Assembly: GCA_018302105.1 (NCBI GenBank)
Contig: JAGWAD010000038.1
Coordinates: forward strand, 1 to 60,452
Source of the DNA: Candidatus Woesearchaeota archaeon
GTDB lineage: Archaea > Nanobdellota > Nanobdellia > SCGC-AAA011-G17 > GW2011-AR18
Direction: 5' to 3'
Length of the DNA: 60,452 bases
The notes under the pieces: generated by a model
Database searches by the model: none
The model's input: only the letters and a program-made list of their open reading frames with translations
Told to the model about the DNA's origin: nothing
Program-made: the position numbers and the translations under genes
In this document: one piece after another, positions 29,493 to 39,612 of the stretch
Layout of the letters: each line of letters starts with the position of its first letter
Numbering within the stretch: the stretch's first letter is position 1

Positions 29493-30233
29493 TCAAATTT
29501 TTTTATTAATCCTCTCCAAAATTTGTTGTGCACAATTTAATTCTGGGGATATGACAAATATAGCACCTGCTTTTTTAAGCATTTTATTATATTCCTCACT
29601 ATCGCTTCTGGCATAAATCAAAAGATCTGGATTCATCTCTTTTGCAGTTAAAGTTAAAAGGACATTTCTTTCAGTCTCTCCAAAAACAACAATTAAAGAT
29701 TTAGCTTTTTTAATTCCTGCTTCTTCCAATATCTCTTCATGCATTGCATCTGCTTCTATTACACTATAGCCTTTATTTTCTAAATGATTTATAATACCAT
29801 GGTTCTTATCTATAATTACAAATTTTTCTTTTAATCTTTTTAAGCCATCTGCAATGGATTCACCAACTCTTCCGCCTCCACAGATTATTATATGATTATT
29901 TAATTTTTTTAAAGTATCCATATGTTTTGCCTCCTTAAAATATCTTTTAAACTTTCCCTCAACTACAAAACCAACTAATTCAGCTAAGGCTGTTGAAAAA
30001 GTAACTAAACCAATAATAATTAATAAAGTTTGGACAACAAATGCAGGACCTTGTTGCCTGTCACTTAAAAAAGAAACACTCTCAATTGTAAGTACAAATG
30101 CATCTGTTAACGAAACATTTTTAGTAACTGCATACCCAATAGTGCCCAATATAAATGGTATGACCAATAACGCAGTAATCTTATAGAACATTACTTTAAG
30201 CTCTTTTTCATACCTTGCAAGATTAGATCTCAT
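29493..30233 (-). CDS. TrkA/RCK-domain potassium-channel-like protein (degenerate pore)
   Basis: 2 TM + HIIICGGGRVG, IEADA, AGIKKAK, IYAR, KAGA..VISPE; probable start MRSNL. Confidence 0.85.
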   Translation of the reverse strand: MRSNLARYEKELKVMFYKITALLVIPFILGTIGYAVTKNVSLTDAFVLTIESVSFLSDRQQGPAFVVQTLLIIIGLVTFSTALAELVGFVVEGKFKRYFKEAKHMDTLKKLNNHIIICGGGRVGESIADGLKRLKEKFVIIDKNHGIINHLENKGYSVIEADAMHEEILEEAGIKKAKSLIVVFGETERNVLLTLTAKEMNPDLLIYARSDSEEYNKMLKKAGAIFVISPELNCAQQILERINKKI

Positions 30234-30358
30234 GAAAAATTTAATTTTAAAGGATTTAATAAGTTTAGTCAATTTTGTTCAGTAGTAACAATGCTGGAAA
30301 GATTATAGAAAAATATTTAAATTAACAATCTAAAACAGAAATAAGTGAGGCCAGATAA

Positions 30359-30832
30359 ATGAATAAAAAATATCTCATAATTATATCTATGTTTCTAATT
30401 AGTGTACTTTTAGTATCTTGTGGAAATAAACAAGAACCTATTAAAAATAATAATGAAATACAAAAAAACACACAAGATAAAGAAACAGAAGAAAATGTAA
30501 GCCCTGTAACAAGTACAGAAGAAACAAAGATATACAACTGGTGCAACCCTGGTTCTAATGATTATGGAGAAATAAAATTTGAAATAATTGGGATAATAGA
30601 AAATTATCAAATAGAAGGAAAGACATATACTGTATGCGAAGAGAAAGTTTCAAATAAAGAAGGCGTATTGACCAGCCACAAATGGTATACTGAAAATAGG
30701 AAAATATTGAAAGAAATAATGCTTGATGTTGATAATAAATATGCTACAATAACAAATTGGATAAATGACAATAATCAAAAATGTAAACGTATCCAAAAGG
30801 AAGGAGTAGAAGAATTCCTGCAATGCAGATAA
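30359..30832 (+). CDS. putative lipoprotein
   Basis: Lipobox LLVSC after hydrophobic signal. Confidence 0.7.
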   Translation: MNKKYLIIISMFLISVLLVSCGNKQEPIKNNNEIQKNTQDKETEENVSPVTSTEETKIYNWCNPGSNDYGEIKFEIIGIIENYQIEGKTYTVCEEKVSNKEGVLTSHKWYTENRKILKEIMLDVDNKYATITNWINDNNQKCKRIQKEGVEEFLQCR

Positions 30833-31438
30833 TCATTTATGTATTTGTTTAAAAAATTCCATATTTTGCAACTCTTCCAGCCATTTTTTAAGTGATTTAT
30901 ATTTAGATAAATCAATTTTGGAACTTTCTGCATATTCTAGAATAGAAAGTAAGTTTATATCAGCCAAAGTCAATTCATCAGATGCAAGATACCTGTTCTT
31001 TTCTAATTGGCTGTTTAATATCGGCAAGAACCTATCTAAAGCCTTTAAACCTTCATTTATTGCATTTTCACTTATTTCAACATTCATAGATTTGGCCAAA
31101 AGCCTGTAGAAAGCAATATCTGAGGTTGCATTATCTAAATGTATAGAGGCAATATCAATCCATTGGTCTATTATGGCTCTTTCTTGTAAATTTGCAGGAT
31201 AAAGTTCACTTTCCACTTTATTGCATAGGTATTTGGATATTGCATTGCTTTCAAAAAGAATAAAACCTTCATCATCAATAACCGGAATTTTTCCTGCAGG
31301 ATGCAGTTTTAAATAATCTCGGCTTTTCAAGTCTTTAAAATCCATCTTCTTATATTCATAATCCAAACCAAGCAGTTTCAGCACATATTCTACCTTATTT
31401 GTATGGTTTGAAATTTTATTTCTGTATAAGATTAACAT
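30833..31438 (-). CDS. glutathione S-transferase family protein
   Basis: LHPAGKIPVI, LFESNAISKYL, RAIIDQW, YLASDELTLADI. Confidence 0.93.
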   Translation of the reverse strand: MLILYRNKISNHTNKVEYVLKLLGLDYEYKKMDFKDLKSRDYLKLHPAGKIPVIDDEGFILFESNAISKYLCNKVESELYPANLQERAIIDQWIDIASIHLDNATSDIAFYRLLAKSMNVEISENAINEGLKALDRFLPILNSQLEKNRYLASDELTLADINLLSILEYAESSKIDLSKYKSLKKWLEELQNMEFFKQIHK

Positions 31439-31526
31439 AAAAGAAATATGCCTAAAATTACTTAAAAGCTTAACTTATATAGAGTATAGTAAGTTTTAGT
31501 AATTGTCAGCAAAAATCTAATTATTT

Positions 31527-31628
31527 CTAAAATAGGTCTTTATTTGTAGGCAGTTCACCATATCTTTGCCAATATTCAATTCTCTTCATTTTCATAAGCA
31601 ATTGTTTCTGTCTTTCTTCTTTTCTCAT
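31527..31628 (-). CDS. candidate 33-aa small protein
   Basis: MRKEERQKQLLMKMKRIEYWQRYGELPTNKDLF*, preceded by GGGGGCGG RBS-like motif. Confidence 0.4.
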   Translation of the reverse strand: MRKEERQKQLLMKMKRIEYWQRYGELPTNKDLF

Positions 31629-31901
31629 TTTCCGCCCCCATATATTTTTAAGATATAATAAACCACATAAATTCTTAGGTTAAAAGTGGTTTAATGTCCA
31701 GTCAACAACAACTTTCAAAAAATCTAATTATCTTGTTGGTTGACTATAATTAAAAAGAAGAGATAATAACCAGAGAACTATTTAAAAATTGTTTATTTCT
31801 TTTTTAATCATTATTTATACTCTATATAATATATTAAAGTAAATATTTTTGGTAAATTTTAAAATAGGAAAACTTTTATAGCTTAGAAAAAAGAAGATTA
31901 T

Positions 31902-32783
31902 ATGAAAAAATTAAATTTATTCCTAATTACAATAGCAATAATCATTTTACTTGGAATTATCTTTTTAATTTCAAGCATTAGTTTATACAATCCTCCTGCT
32001 GAAGTTAAGAATTTAGAGTATGAAGAAAAAATTCCTGAAAATTTCACATTTTTAAAAGAAGCAATAGGACAAGATTTGCCTAAAGAATTATCCACAATAT
32101 TAGAAAATGAAAAAATTAATTTTTATATGCCCTCTGACAATGAAAAAGGTTCAGTATTTAGCATAGTCACAGAAGAGAATAAAGTAAAAAATATAGATGA
32201 AAGAAAAAATGAAAATCCATCAATTGAAGTTTATGCTTCAGAAGAAATAATAAATGAAATGATTAATTCTGAAAATATAGCAGAAGATTTTCAAAATGCA
32301 TTAAACACAAAAAAAATATCAATTAGTGGAATAGGTTTAAAAAATAAAATAAAGTTTTCATCTATATTTATGTTAGGCAGGCTATTGAAATTAACTGATT
32401 TGCTGCCAAAAGGAAATATTCCTGTTCAAATAGGAGGAAACAGAAATATAATTGAAGTTCCAAGAGACAATATACCAGAAGAACCTCAGACCTGGGCAGG
32501 GATAAGAGAAAGTGGAAATGTATTGAAGTCTGGAGAAAAAAGATATCAAACTCCAGCACTTTCTTCAGGAAGTTATATTTTCACATTGTCAGGAAGTGGA
32601 GATTCAGACTTATATATAAGAAAGTTAAGCCCTCCAACTTTAAGTGAATATGATTGCCGCCCAAATTTGCCAACCAGTAATGAAGAATGTATCATAGATT
32701 TAGAAAATTCTGGAATAATTCATATAATGATTAAAGGTTATGATACAAATTCTGATTACGTGCTTGTTGGAAGACCAATATAA
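31902..32783 (+). CDS. membrane-anchored protein with C-terminal PPC (pre-peptidase C-terminal) domain
   Basis: N-terminal TM; FTLSGSGDSDLYIR..PT..YDCRP...NEEC...HIMIKGY. Confidence 0.8.
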   Translation: MKKLNLFLITIAIIILLGIIFLISSISLYNPPAEVKNLEYEEKIPENFTFLKEAIGQDLPKELSTILENEKINFYMPSDNEKGSVFSIVTEENKVKNIDERKNENPSIEVYASEEIINEMINSENIAEDFQNALNTKKISISGIGLKNKIKFSSIFMLGRLLKLTDLLPKGNIPVQIGGNRNIIEVPRDNIPEEPQTWAGIRESGNVLKSGEKRYQTPALSSGSYIFTLSGSGDSDLYIRKLSPPTLSEYDCRPNLPTSNEECIIDLENSGIIHIMIKGYDTNSDYVLVGRPI

Positions 32784-33062
32784 TAGATACTAATTAAATT
32801 CCTATTTTTTTTATAATTTTCAAAATTAGGTAACTTAGTTGGAAAACTGGAATAATGTCGGTCTTAAAATCTTTTATCTAACTTAAATCACATTAAAGAC
32901 TTTAGTATCATCACTTGTTCAGTTTTTCTTTTTAGTTCTTCATACAGTTTTTGGCATTGCGTTAATTCTTCATAAATATTCTTGCTATGTGATTAAAAAT
33001 TATAAACAATATATAGAAAGGTATGTATATTAATTTAGTTCAAAGCAATATTGAGAAAAGAA

Positions 33063-33167
33063 TGCGCGAGCCGGGAAAATCATAAACTAAGCAATAAACT
33101 TAATCTAATTTGAACCCGGGTCTCAACGTTGGCAACGTCGAATACTAGGCCACTATACTACTCGCGC
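33063..33167 (-). tRNA. tRNA-Gly(GCC) with a 32-nt intron in the T-loop (about 33077..33108)
   Basis: Acceptor GCGCGAG/CTCGCGC, anticodon arm CGACG-TTGCCAA-CGTTG, T-arm CCGGG-TTCAAA[intron]T-CCCGG; no encoded CCA. Confidence 0.9.
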
Positions 33168-33267
33168 AATTATAAAAAAGCACACAAACTTGATTATTTA
33201 AAGGTTTTTGTAATGAAATTTAAGAAAAATATTAAAACAGCTAATATTCAACAAGAATAATCAATAA

Positions 33268-33651
33268 CTATCCATAATACATATCATTATCTTCTTTTTT
33301 AGCATTTTTTTCTTTAGTCTCTATTTTCTTCTGTTCTTTCTTAATCATGTCCTCAGCTTTTTTTAATTCAGTTGGTTTTTTAATCTCTCCAAATTTATCT
33401 TCATAATCTTTTACTGCTTTATTTAAGACATCAGCAAAACTTTTGGCATGAAATGGAGTAAGAATAATAACATTATGGTTCATTGTAATAGCCCTCAAAT
33501 TTGATGCATCCTGTACATGTGTTGCACATCTAAAATCTAAAACAAATTCTAATGGCCCAAAATTTATTGTTGTTTCATTTGCATAAAATTGGTCATTATC
33601 TTTAATTCTAAGATTAACTTGTGTGATCTTTGCATCTTCATCTTTTGTCAT
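33268..33651 (-). CDS. DUF3467-like protein
   Basis: FYANETTINF..EFVLDF, IILTPFHAKSF..L..YEDKFGEI. Confidence 0.8.
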   Translation of the reverse strand: MTKDEDAKITQVNLRIKDNDQFYANETTINFGPLEFVLDFRCATHVQDASNLRAITMNHNVIILTPFHAKSFADVLNKAVKDYEDKFGEIKKPTELKKAEDMIKKEQKKIETKEKNAKKEDNDMYYG

Positions 33652-33710
33652 TAAGTTCTAACATAATCTAAAGTATAAAAAGCTTTAGTAAATTTTATTC
33701 AGGCCTTAAA

Positions 33711-33854
33711 AAATCTATATCTAACATTAATAATTATTGTTCAGGACAATTAAAGGAAACTATCCTTGAGATTACTATACCAAAACTTTATAATGTTGTT
33801 GCAGAGCATATTGGTCCTATTGCTACTGAATTAAAGGATAGTACTAGAATTTAA
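33711..33854 (+). pseudogene. C-terminal fragment paralogous to ORF 7396..7896
   Basis: KSISNINNYCSGQLKETILEITIPKLYNVVAEHIGPIA vs NSISNIYDYCTGSLKEAFLDITLQKLYELVIKNIGTLA; no start codon. Confidence 0.75.
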
Positions 33855-34514
33855 TTATATCACTATGATTATACTTTTTTACTTTATCTGAAGTAATATG
33901 TGTAACACCATCATTTCCTATTACATGTATTCCATATTTATCTAGTAAAAGACCAGAACCTTCAGGTATTGCTATAATATTTCTTTTATTTTTTTTACAT
34001 AATTAATATGTTCATTCAACTGATTCTCTTCAAAATGGCATTGTAGATCATTATTAAAAATTAAATCTAAGCCATTAAGATCTTTGAGGTTGACTTCATT
34101 ATTATCAGGAAATTTGCATAATCTTGATGTTGATATATTTTTACCTAAGATAATAGCTCCAGCAGAGCCTCCATATACTATACCCCCATTTTTATTGAAT
34201 GATATTAATTTTTTATCAAAACCAGAAGATCTGAATAATTTAAGAAGCTTAAAAGAATTCCCGCCGCCAATGTATATTGCTGAAAACTTATTTAAATCGA
34301 TCTTTTTATTCAAATCAGTAAGCATGGTAATATTTGAGAATTTATGTTGGGCCATACATTTTTTGAACCATTTTAAACAGTTTTTATATTCATTATCAGA
34401 AGTCCAAGCCAGAGGAATATAAAGTATATTTTTTACTGAATGAGTAAATAATTCATCTATAAAAAAAGATTTCTTTTCATCACCACCACCAGATAAGAAT
34501 ATTTTGCCTTGCAT
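33844..34514 (-). pseudogene. peptidase E / S51 family protein with frameshift in an A8 run
   Basis: IYIGGGNSF, YGGSAGA, CHF; after the run at 33989-33996 a shifted frame reads NKRNIIAIPEGSGL...IKF*. Confidence 0.85.
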
Positions 34515-34611
34515 AATCTTAATATATTTTAAGGATATATAAAACTAATTACGACATAAGACACCACCATTAAATAATAAAATTTATATAAAGCACAAAT
34601 TTTATGAAAAT

Positions 34612-34857
34612 ATGGTATCAACCACACAAATTGAAGCAGAAAGATTTTTAGAGAAAAGAAAGTGGATTAAAACAAAAACTGATGATAATATCTCAATCTA
34701 TAAAAGAAAAGATATTGAATATAAAAGAGGTGATTTTCTAAATGGTAAAAAAAGATTAGTTAAAATAACAGAATTAAGCAGAACTTTTAAAGAAGAATTA
34801 GATAAAACACCAGAAATAACTAGAGATTTTTTGAATAAAAAACTAAAATTATTTTAA
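34612..34857 (+). CDS. hypothetical protein
   Basis: 81-aa ORF with upstream TATA. Confidence 0.55.
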   Translation: MVSTTQIEAERFLEKRKWIKTKTDDNISIYKRKDIEYKRGDFLNGKKRLVKITELSRTFKEELDKTPEITRDFLNKKLKLF

Positions 34858-34951
34858 AATGATAGAAAATAATATAAACTTTCTAAAATTATTCATTCCT
34901 ATGAACAAAAAGGGGTAGGTTTTCTTGATTGCAGCTATTTTTTTAAATGAA

Positions 34952-35098
34952 TGGTGGGCCCACCCAGAATCGAACTGGGGACTTACACCTAACTTATAAC
35001 CAAATAACGATTTCGTCACCTAGCCTATTGTAAGGGTGTCGTCATTAGCAGAATATCCTAGAACTTTCTAAGATATTTAGCCGCTAGACCATGGGCCC
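34952..35098 (-). tRNA. tRNA-Val(TAC) with two introns (D-arm 35045..35077; canonical 37/38 34991..35028), CCA encoded
   Basis: Removing 33 + 38 nt gives 76-nt GGGCCCATGGTCTAGCGGCTATGACGACACCCTTACAAGGTGTAAGTCCCCAGTTCGATTCTGGGTGGGCCCACCA; both introns form hairpins. Confidence 0.92.
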
Positions 35099-35186
35099 AT
35101 AAGAAAATTGCAACAAATAAGCTCTTAAAAATGTTTCCATTACCAAAATTAAAAAGAGTTTATTGTAAAGATAGTAATTATATCTC

Positions 35187-36131
35187 TTAAAGCCATTTTT
35201 TTCTTCTAAAATAAATAATCATACTAAATCCAATAACAGCCATTAATCCTAAAGAAAAGAAATAACCATATTTCCAGTTAATCTCAGGCATATATTTAAA
35301 ATTCATTCCATAAATACCTGATATTAAAGTCAATGGTAAAATAATAGTTGCAATTATAGTTAAAACTTTCATAACTTCATTTAGCTTATTTGAAATTGAA
35401 GATAAATACATCTCTAAAATATTAGATGCAGTTTCTTTAGATTCTTCAAGTAAATCAATAGTAATTAATATATGGTCATAAACATCCCTAAAATAAGTGT
35501 GTGTATCTTTCCTGATAAATTGGTCTGCATTGCTTATTAAATTATTCAAAACTTCTCTTTGATAAGAAATTACATTCTTAACATTTAATAAAGATCTTCT
35601 GATTACAAATAATTTTTTTATTTCTGGTTGGTCTGGTCTTTTAAGTATTATTTCTTCAATCTCATTTAGTTCCTGAAATGCTTTTTCAATTTCTTTTATA
35701 TAATTATCAACTTCTGTATCTAATAATGTATGTAAAAGATGGTCAAGTCCGCCATTCATTGCATTTACAATCCTATTTTTTTCTTTTTTCAAATTTTGGA
35801 AAGTTTCAATAGGTTCTTTATGGATTGTTATTAAATGTTTTTTATCAAAAATAAAATTAATATCATAATGTTTAAGCTTATTGTCATGGTATCTTAATCC
35901 ATAAGCAACTAGGAACAGGAATTTGTCATAAATCCTTAAATTTGGCCTTTTTCTTAAAGACTTGCTTTCTTCTATTACATTTGATGGAATATTAAAATTT
36001 TCTTCAAGATGAATCAGTTCTTCTTTTGTAGGATTAACAACATCAATCCAGATTTTATTTACATTATCAAATTTCTCAGAGAAATTTCTGAATTTTAAAT
36101 CAGAACCTTCAGGAAATATCACCTCTATCAT
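35187..36131 (-). CDS. corA: CorA Mg2+/Co2+ transporter
   Basis: YFRDVYDH, NEVMKVLT, GIYGMNF..MPE..W.YGY. Confidence 0.96.
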   Translation of the reverse strand: MIEVIFPEGSDLKFRNFSEKFDNVNKIWIDVVNPTKEELIHLEENFNIPSNVIEESKSLRKRPNLRIYDKFLFLVAYGLRYHDNKLKHYDINFIFDKKHLITIHKEPIETFQNLKKEKNRIVNAMNGGLDHLLHTLLDTEVDNYIKEIEKAFQELNEIEEIILKRPDQPEIKKLFVIRRSLLNVKNVISYQREVLNNLISNADQFIRKDTHTYFRDVYDHILITIDLLEESKETASNILEMYLSSISNKLNEVMKVLTIIATIILPLTLISGIYGMNFKYMPEINWKYGYFFSLGLMAVIGFSMIIYFRRKKWL

Positions 36132-36167
36132 TCATTTTTAAATAGAATCTTTATTATATAAGCTTTT

Positions 36168-36965
36168 TTAATTCCCCAAATTTATACTTGAACTGAAAGT
36201 ATTGTCATTATAACTTCTTTCGCTTAGTAATCTATCCGGGTTCGCAATCACATGGATATTTAATATTTTATTTTTAGAAATGGCAAATTCTGCTAATTTT
36301 GGAGAAGATACAATTAAACAATCATGAGATTTTATGCTTTCATTAACAACTACTGTTCTTTTAACTCCATTTATAGTAAAATCAACATTGATAGACGTCT
36401 TTGTATCAACCTTTGCATTTCCTGGAATATTGCATACTTCAGCATTTACTTTCATATTATAAAAATCATAACCGCTTACATCAAAACCTTTTGTTTTAAG
36501 GTTTGGTGCAAAATCAACAAGACTAAATAAACCATAATTAATATTATCATTTTCATTCATTTCATCTATTCTGTTTTCATTATCTGCGATTAATTTTAAA
36601 TTTATATTCTTTTTATTATATAAATCCAAATCCTCGAATTTAACTAAAAAAGTTTTACATAATCCAATATTTATTGGTTTTCCATCTACAATAGCAAATC
36701 TTCTTGGATTATTCACATCAATCAGTTTTAATTTATAATCTGAAACAAGATCTGAAATTCCTGAATTGCATATTCTCAAATTAAATAAATTATTTTCAAA
36801 AATATCATCCTTTGCAGCTTTTGTAATCCATATTGAGTTTGCTTGTAAATCCGGTTTCCCAGTTTGAAGCCCAGTATATTCAAACCCATTATAAACTTCA
36901 ATTGAACCAAAAACCCCTAAAATTAAAGCAACAACTAAAATTAAAGAAATGTTCTCTTTTTTCAT
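36168..36965 (-). CDS. CARDB-domain surface protein
   Basis: KPDL, ICNSG, ADNENRIDEMNENDN, second repeat ending SERSYNDN. Confidence 0.75.
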   Translation of the reverse strand: MKKENISLILVVALILGVFGSIEVYNGFEYTGLQTGKPDLQANSIWITKAAKDDIFENNLFNLRICNSGISDLVSDYKLKLIDVNNPRRFAIVDGKPINIGLCKTFLVKFEDLDLYNKKNINLKLIADNENRIDEMNENDNINYGLFSLVDFAPNLKTKGFDVSGYDFYNMKVNAEVCNIPGNAKVDTKTSINVDFTINGVKRTVVVNESIKSHDCLIVSSPKLAEFAISKNKILNIHVIANPDRLLSERSYNDNTFSSSINLGN

Positions 36966-37054
36966 TATTTATTCTAAAATTTAGGAATATATAAAACTTA
37001 TCAAATAATTATAAATTCAAAAAGTTTTAAAAGTAAGGTTAATAATCCAAATTT

Positions 37055-38443
37055 ATGGAAGAAATGATAGGTTTGGAAATTCACGTAGGTCTCAACACTG
37101 AGAGTAAATTATTTTGCTCATGTAAAATATCAGAAGATGCAAGTCCAAACAGTCATACTTGCGATATTTGTGTTGGTTTACCAGGATCAAAACCAGTTTT
37201 AAATAAAAAAGCATTTGAGTATGCATTAAAACTATGCTTGGCATTAAACTGTGAAATATCTCCAGAACTTATATTTTCAAGAAAAATTTATTTTTATCCA
37301 GATATGTCTAAAAATTATCAGATAACCCAATATGAAATACCTTTGGGAAACAATGGAAAATTAAGTTTAACAAATAAGGAAATAAAAATAAGTAGAATCC
37401 ATATAGAAGAAGATCCGGCAGCATTAATCCATCAGGGATCAACTGTATTAGTAGATTATAATAGATCTGGCACTCCATTATGTGAAATAGTTACAGAACC
37501 AGACATGAGTTCTCCAGAAGAAGCAAGAGAATTTCTAAAAAAATTATTGACAATATTAAATTATCTAAAAATATTTAACATTAAAACAGGAATTATAAAA
37601 GCAGATGCAAATGTAAGTATTAAGCCATATGAAAGAGTTGAAATAAAAAATATTAATGGATTTAAAGAAATTGAAAGAGCAATAAATTATGAAATACAAA
37701 GACATAAAGAATTAATTAAAGAAAATAAGCCAGTAACTAAAAGAGAAACAAGAGGCTGGGATTCAGAAAAAGGAATAACTTTATTTCAGAGATCAAAAGA
37801 AGAAGAAGCAGATTATGGTTATATTATTGATCCAGATTTAGTTCCAGTTGATGTCACAAAAGAATTAATTGAAAAAACAAAAAATGAACTTCCAGAATTG
37901 CCAAAAGAAAAATCATTAAGATATCAAGAAGAATACAAAATAAAAAAAGAAGACGCAGAAGTAATAAGCAATGATTTTGAACTTGCATCCTTATTAGAAT
38001 CATCTGTCTCCAATAAAATAAATCCAGTTTTTGCTTCTGAATGGATAAGAAGAGAAGTTACAAGAGTTTTAAATTATAATAAAAAAGAATTAGATGAAAC
38101 TTTTATCTCAAAGCATTTAATTGAAGTAATGGAATTAATAAAAGACAACAAAATAACAAGACAGACAGGACAAAAATTAATGGAACTCCTTATTGAAAAA
38201 GATTTAGGTGTAAAAAAATATGTTTTAGATAACAATCTATCTTCTCTTTCAGATACAAAAGAATTGGGAAAAATTTCTTTAGAAGTTATTAAAAATAACC
38301 AGAAAGCAGTAAAAGAATATTTAGAAGGCAATGAAAAATCTTTTAATTTCTTAGTTGGTCAGATTATGAAATCTACAAAAGGAAAAGGAGATCCTAAAAT
38401 AATAAATGAATTATTAAAAAAATTAATACAGAATCAAAAATAA
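37055..38443 (+). CDS. gatB: Asp/Glu-tRNA amidotransferase subunit B
   Basis: IGLEIH..L..SKLFC, RKIYFYPD, RIHIEED, DYNRSG, DANVS. Confidence 0.96.
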   Translation: MEEMIGLEIHVGLNTESKLFCSCKISEDASPNSHTCDICVGLPGSKPVLNKKAFEYALKLCLALNCEISPELIFSRKIYFYPDMSKNYQITQYEIPLGNNGKLSLTNKEIKISRIHIEEDPAALIHQGSTVLVDYNRSGTPLCEIVTEPDMSSPEEAREFLKKLLTILNYLKIFNIKTGIIKADANVSIKPYERVEIKNINGFKEIERAINYEIQRHKELIKENKPVTKRETRGWDSEKGITLFQRSKEEEADYGYIIDPDLVPVDVTKELIEKTKNELPELPKEKSLRYQEEYKIKKEDAEVISNDFELASLLESSVSNKINPVFASEWIRREVTRVLNYNKKELDETFISKHLIEVMELIKDNKITRQTGQKLMELLIEKDLGVKKYVLDNNLSSLSDTKELGKISLEVIKNNQKAVKEYLEGNEKSFNFLVGQIMKSTKGKGDPKIINELLKKLIQNQK

Positions 38444-39549
38444 CCAATTAATACATATATTATCCCAATCAGAATTAAAATATAAATTAATCCTTTAATA
38501 AATAAATTATCTTTTAGTTCATACTCTGGTTTTCTGTCACCTTTTTTCTTGCTTCTGGAATGCATAAGCAAAATTAAAAATAGCATAATACCAATAGCAA
38601 CTGCACCACTTATTTCTAAAAAGAAAATAAAATTCCCTAAATTAAAAATAAATAAAAAAAATGGAATAGAAATTACTAATAACCAGGACAACCAGTTTGG
38701 CAACCTATAATCTAATTTAAAATTATCCTTTAAAGCAAATCCCAAACCAACAAAAGCAGTAGTCATTGCAAGCAAAGCAAATAAATTAGCAAATAAAGAA
38801 GCATTTTTTCCAATAATATTAAAAGATGTTGTACTAACTTCTTGAACATTTCCATCCAAAGAACCAACAACAGCAAAAACAAATAAAAGATATAATAAAA
38901 TAGTTAAAATCCCCCCAATAATTATAGCTTTCTTAAGGTTTATTTTATTTTTAATCTCTTGATTCATCTCAGGTATAGCACTAAAAGAAGTAAATGCAAA
39001 CATAACAACACCATAAGGGATTAATAATTTATAAAAATCAAAATTAGCTAAATAAGAAAAATTAATTGTTTTAACTAAACTAAAAACAAGTACAAGAAGA
39101 AAGATTATCTTTAATGGATTTAATATAAATTCCACTTTTGCAAAGAAATTAATTCCAAAAAATATTACTATTGATAATAATATAAAAAATATTATTGAAA
39201 AAATTAATTCATTACCACCAAATATTCCATGTAATGATGCACCAGCACCAATAATATAAGCAACTAATGCACCATAAAGGCTTAATGCATTAAATATCAT
39301 CATAAAGGGTTTTCCAATTTTTCCTAAATAAATTTCTGCCAGTCCGGAAATTTGGTGTCTTATCCTTGTTCTTAATAAAATCTCTCCCAAATATAAATTA
39401 ACCAAAATCATCAATAAACCTAAAACAATTATAACTAAAACACCAGTTAAAAAACCAGCTTTAGCAACAACAAAAGGCAAAGCAATTACACCAGCTCCTA
39501 TAGTAATACTAAGTATTGTCCAGATACCTTCCAACAGCTCTTTTTGCAT
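38434..39549 (-). CDS. aromatic amino acid permease (HAAAP/Mtr-TyrP family)
   Basis: TIGAGVIALP, PYGVVMFAF..SAIPEM, multiple TMs. Confidence 0.88.
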   Translation of the reverse strand: MQKELLEGIWTILSITIGAGVIALPFVVAKAGFLTGVLVIIVLGLLMILVNLYLGEILLRTRIRHQISGLAEIYLGKIGKPFMMIFNALSLYGALVAYIIGAGASLHGIFGGNELIFSIIFFILLSIVIFFGINFFAKVEFILNPLKIIFLLVLVFSLVKTINFSYLANFDFYKLLIPYGVVMFAFTSFSAIPEMNQEIKNKINLKKAIIIGGILTILLYLLFVFAVVGSLDGNVQEVSTTSFNIIGKNASLFANLFALLAMTTAFVGLGFALKDNFKLDYRLPNWLSWLLVISIPFFLFIFNLGNFIFFLEISGAVAIGIMLFLILLMHSRSKKKGDRKPEYELKDNLFIKGLIYILILIGIIYVLIGYF

Positions 39550-39612
39550 AAGAATTTAAAATTATTTCAATATAAATATGTTTTGATGTTTAATTATTTT
39601 TAAGAAACTCAA

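Noticed and set aside
13347..31749. Similarity of TATAGTCAACCAATAAGGTATTTAG (13348) to the reverse complement near 31720-31748
   Set aside because: A 13-bp core plus gapped extension in very AT-rich DNA could arise by chance.
33063..35098. Integrated element between or at the two tRNAs
   Set aside because: No integrase and no duplicated tRNA 3' end (att site) found.
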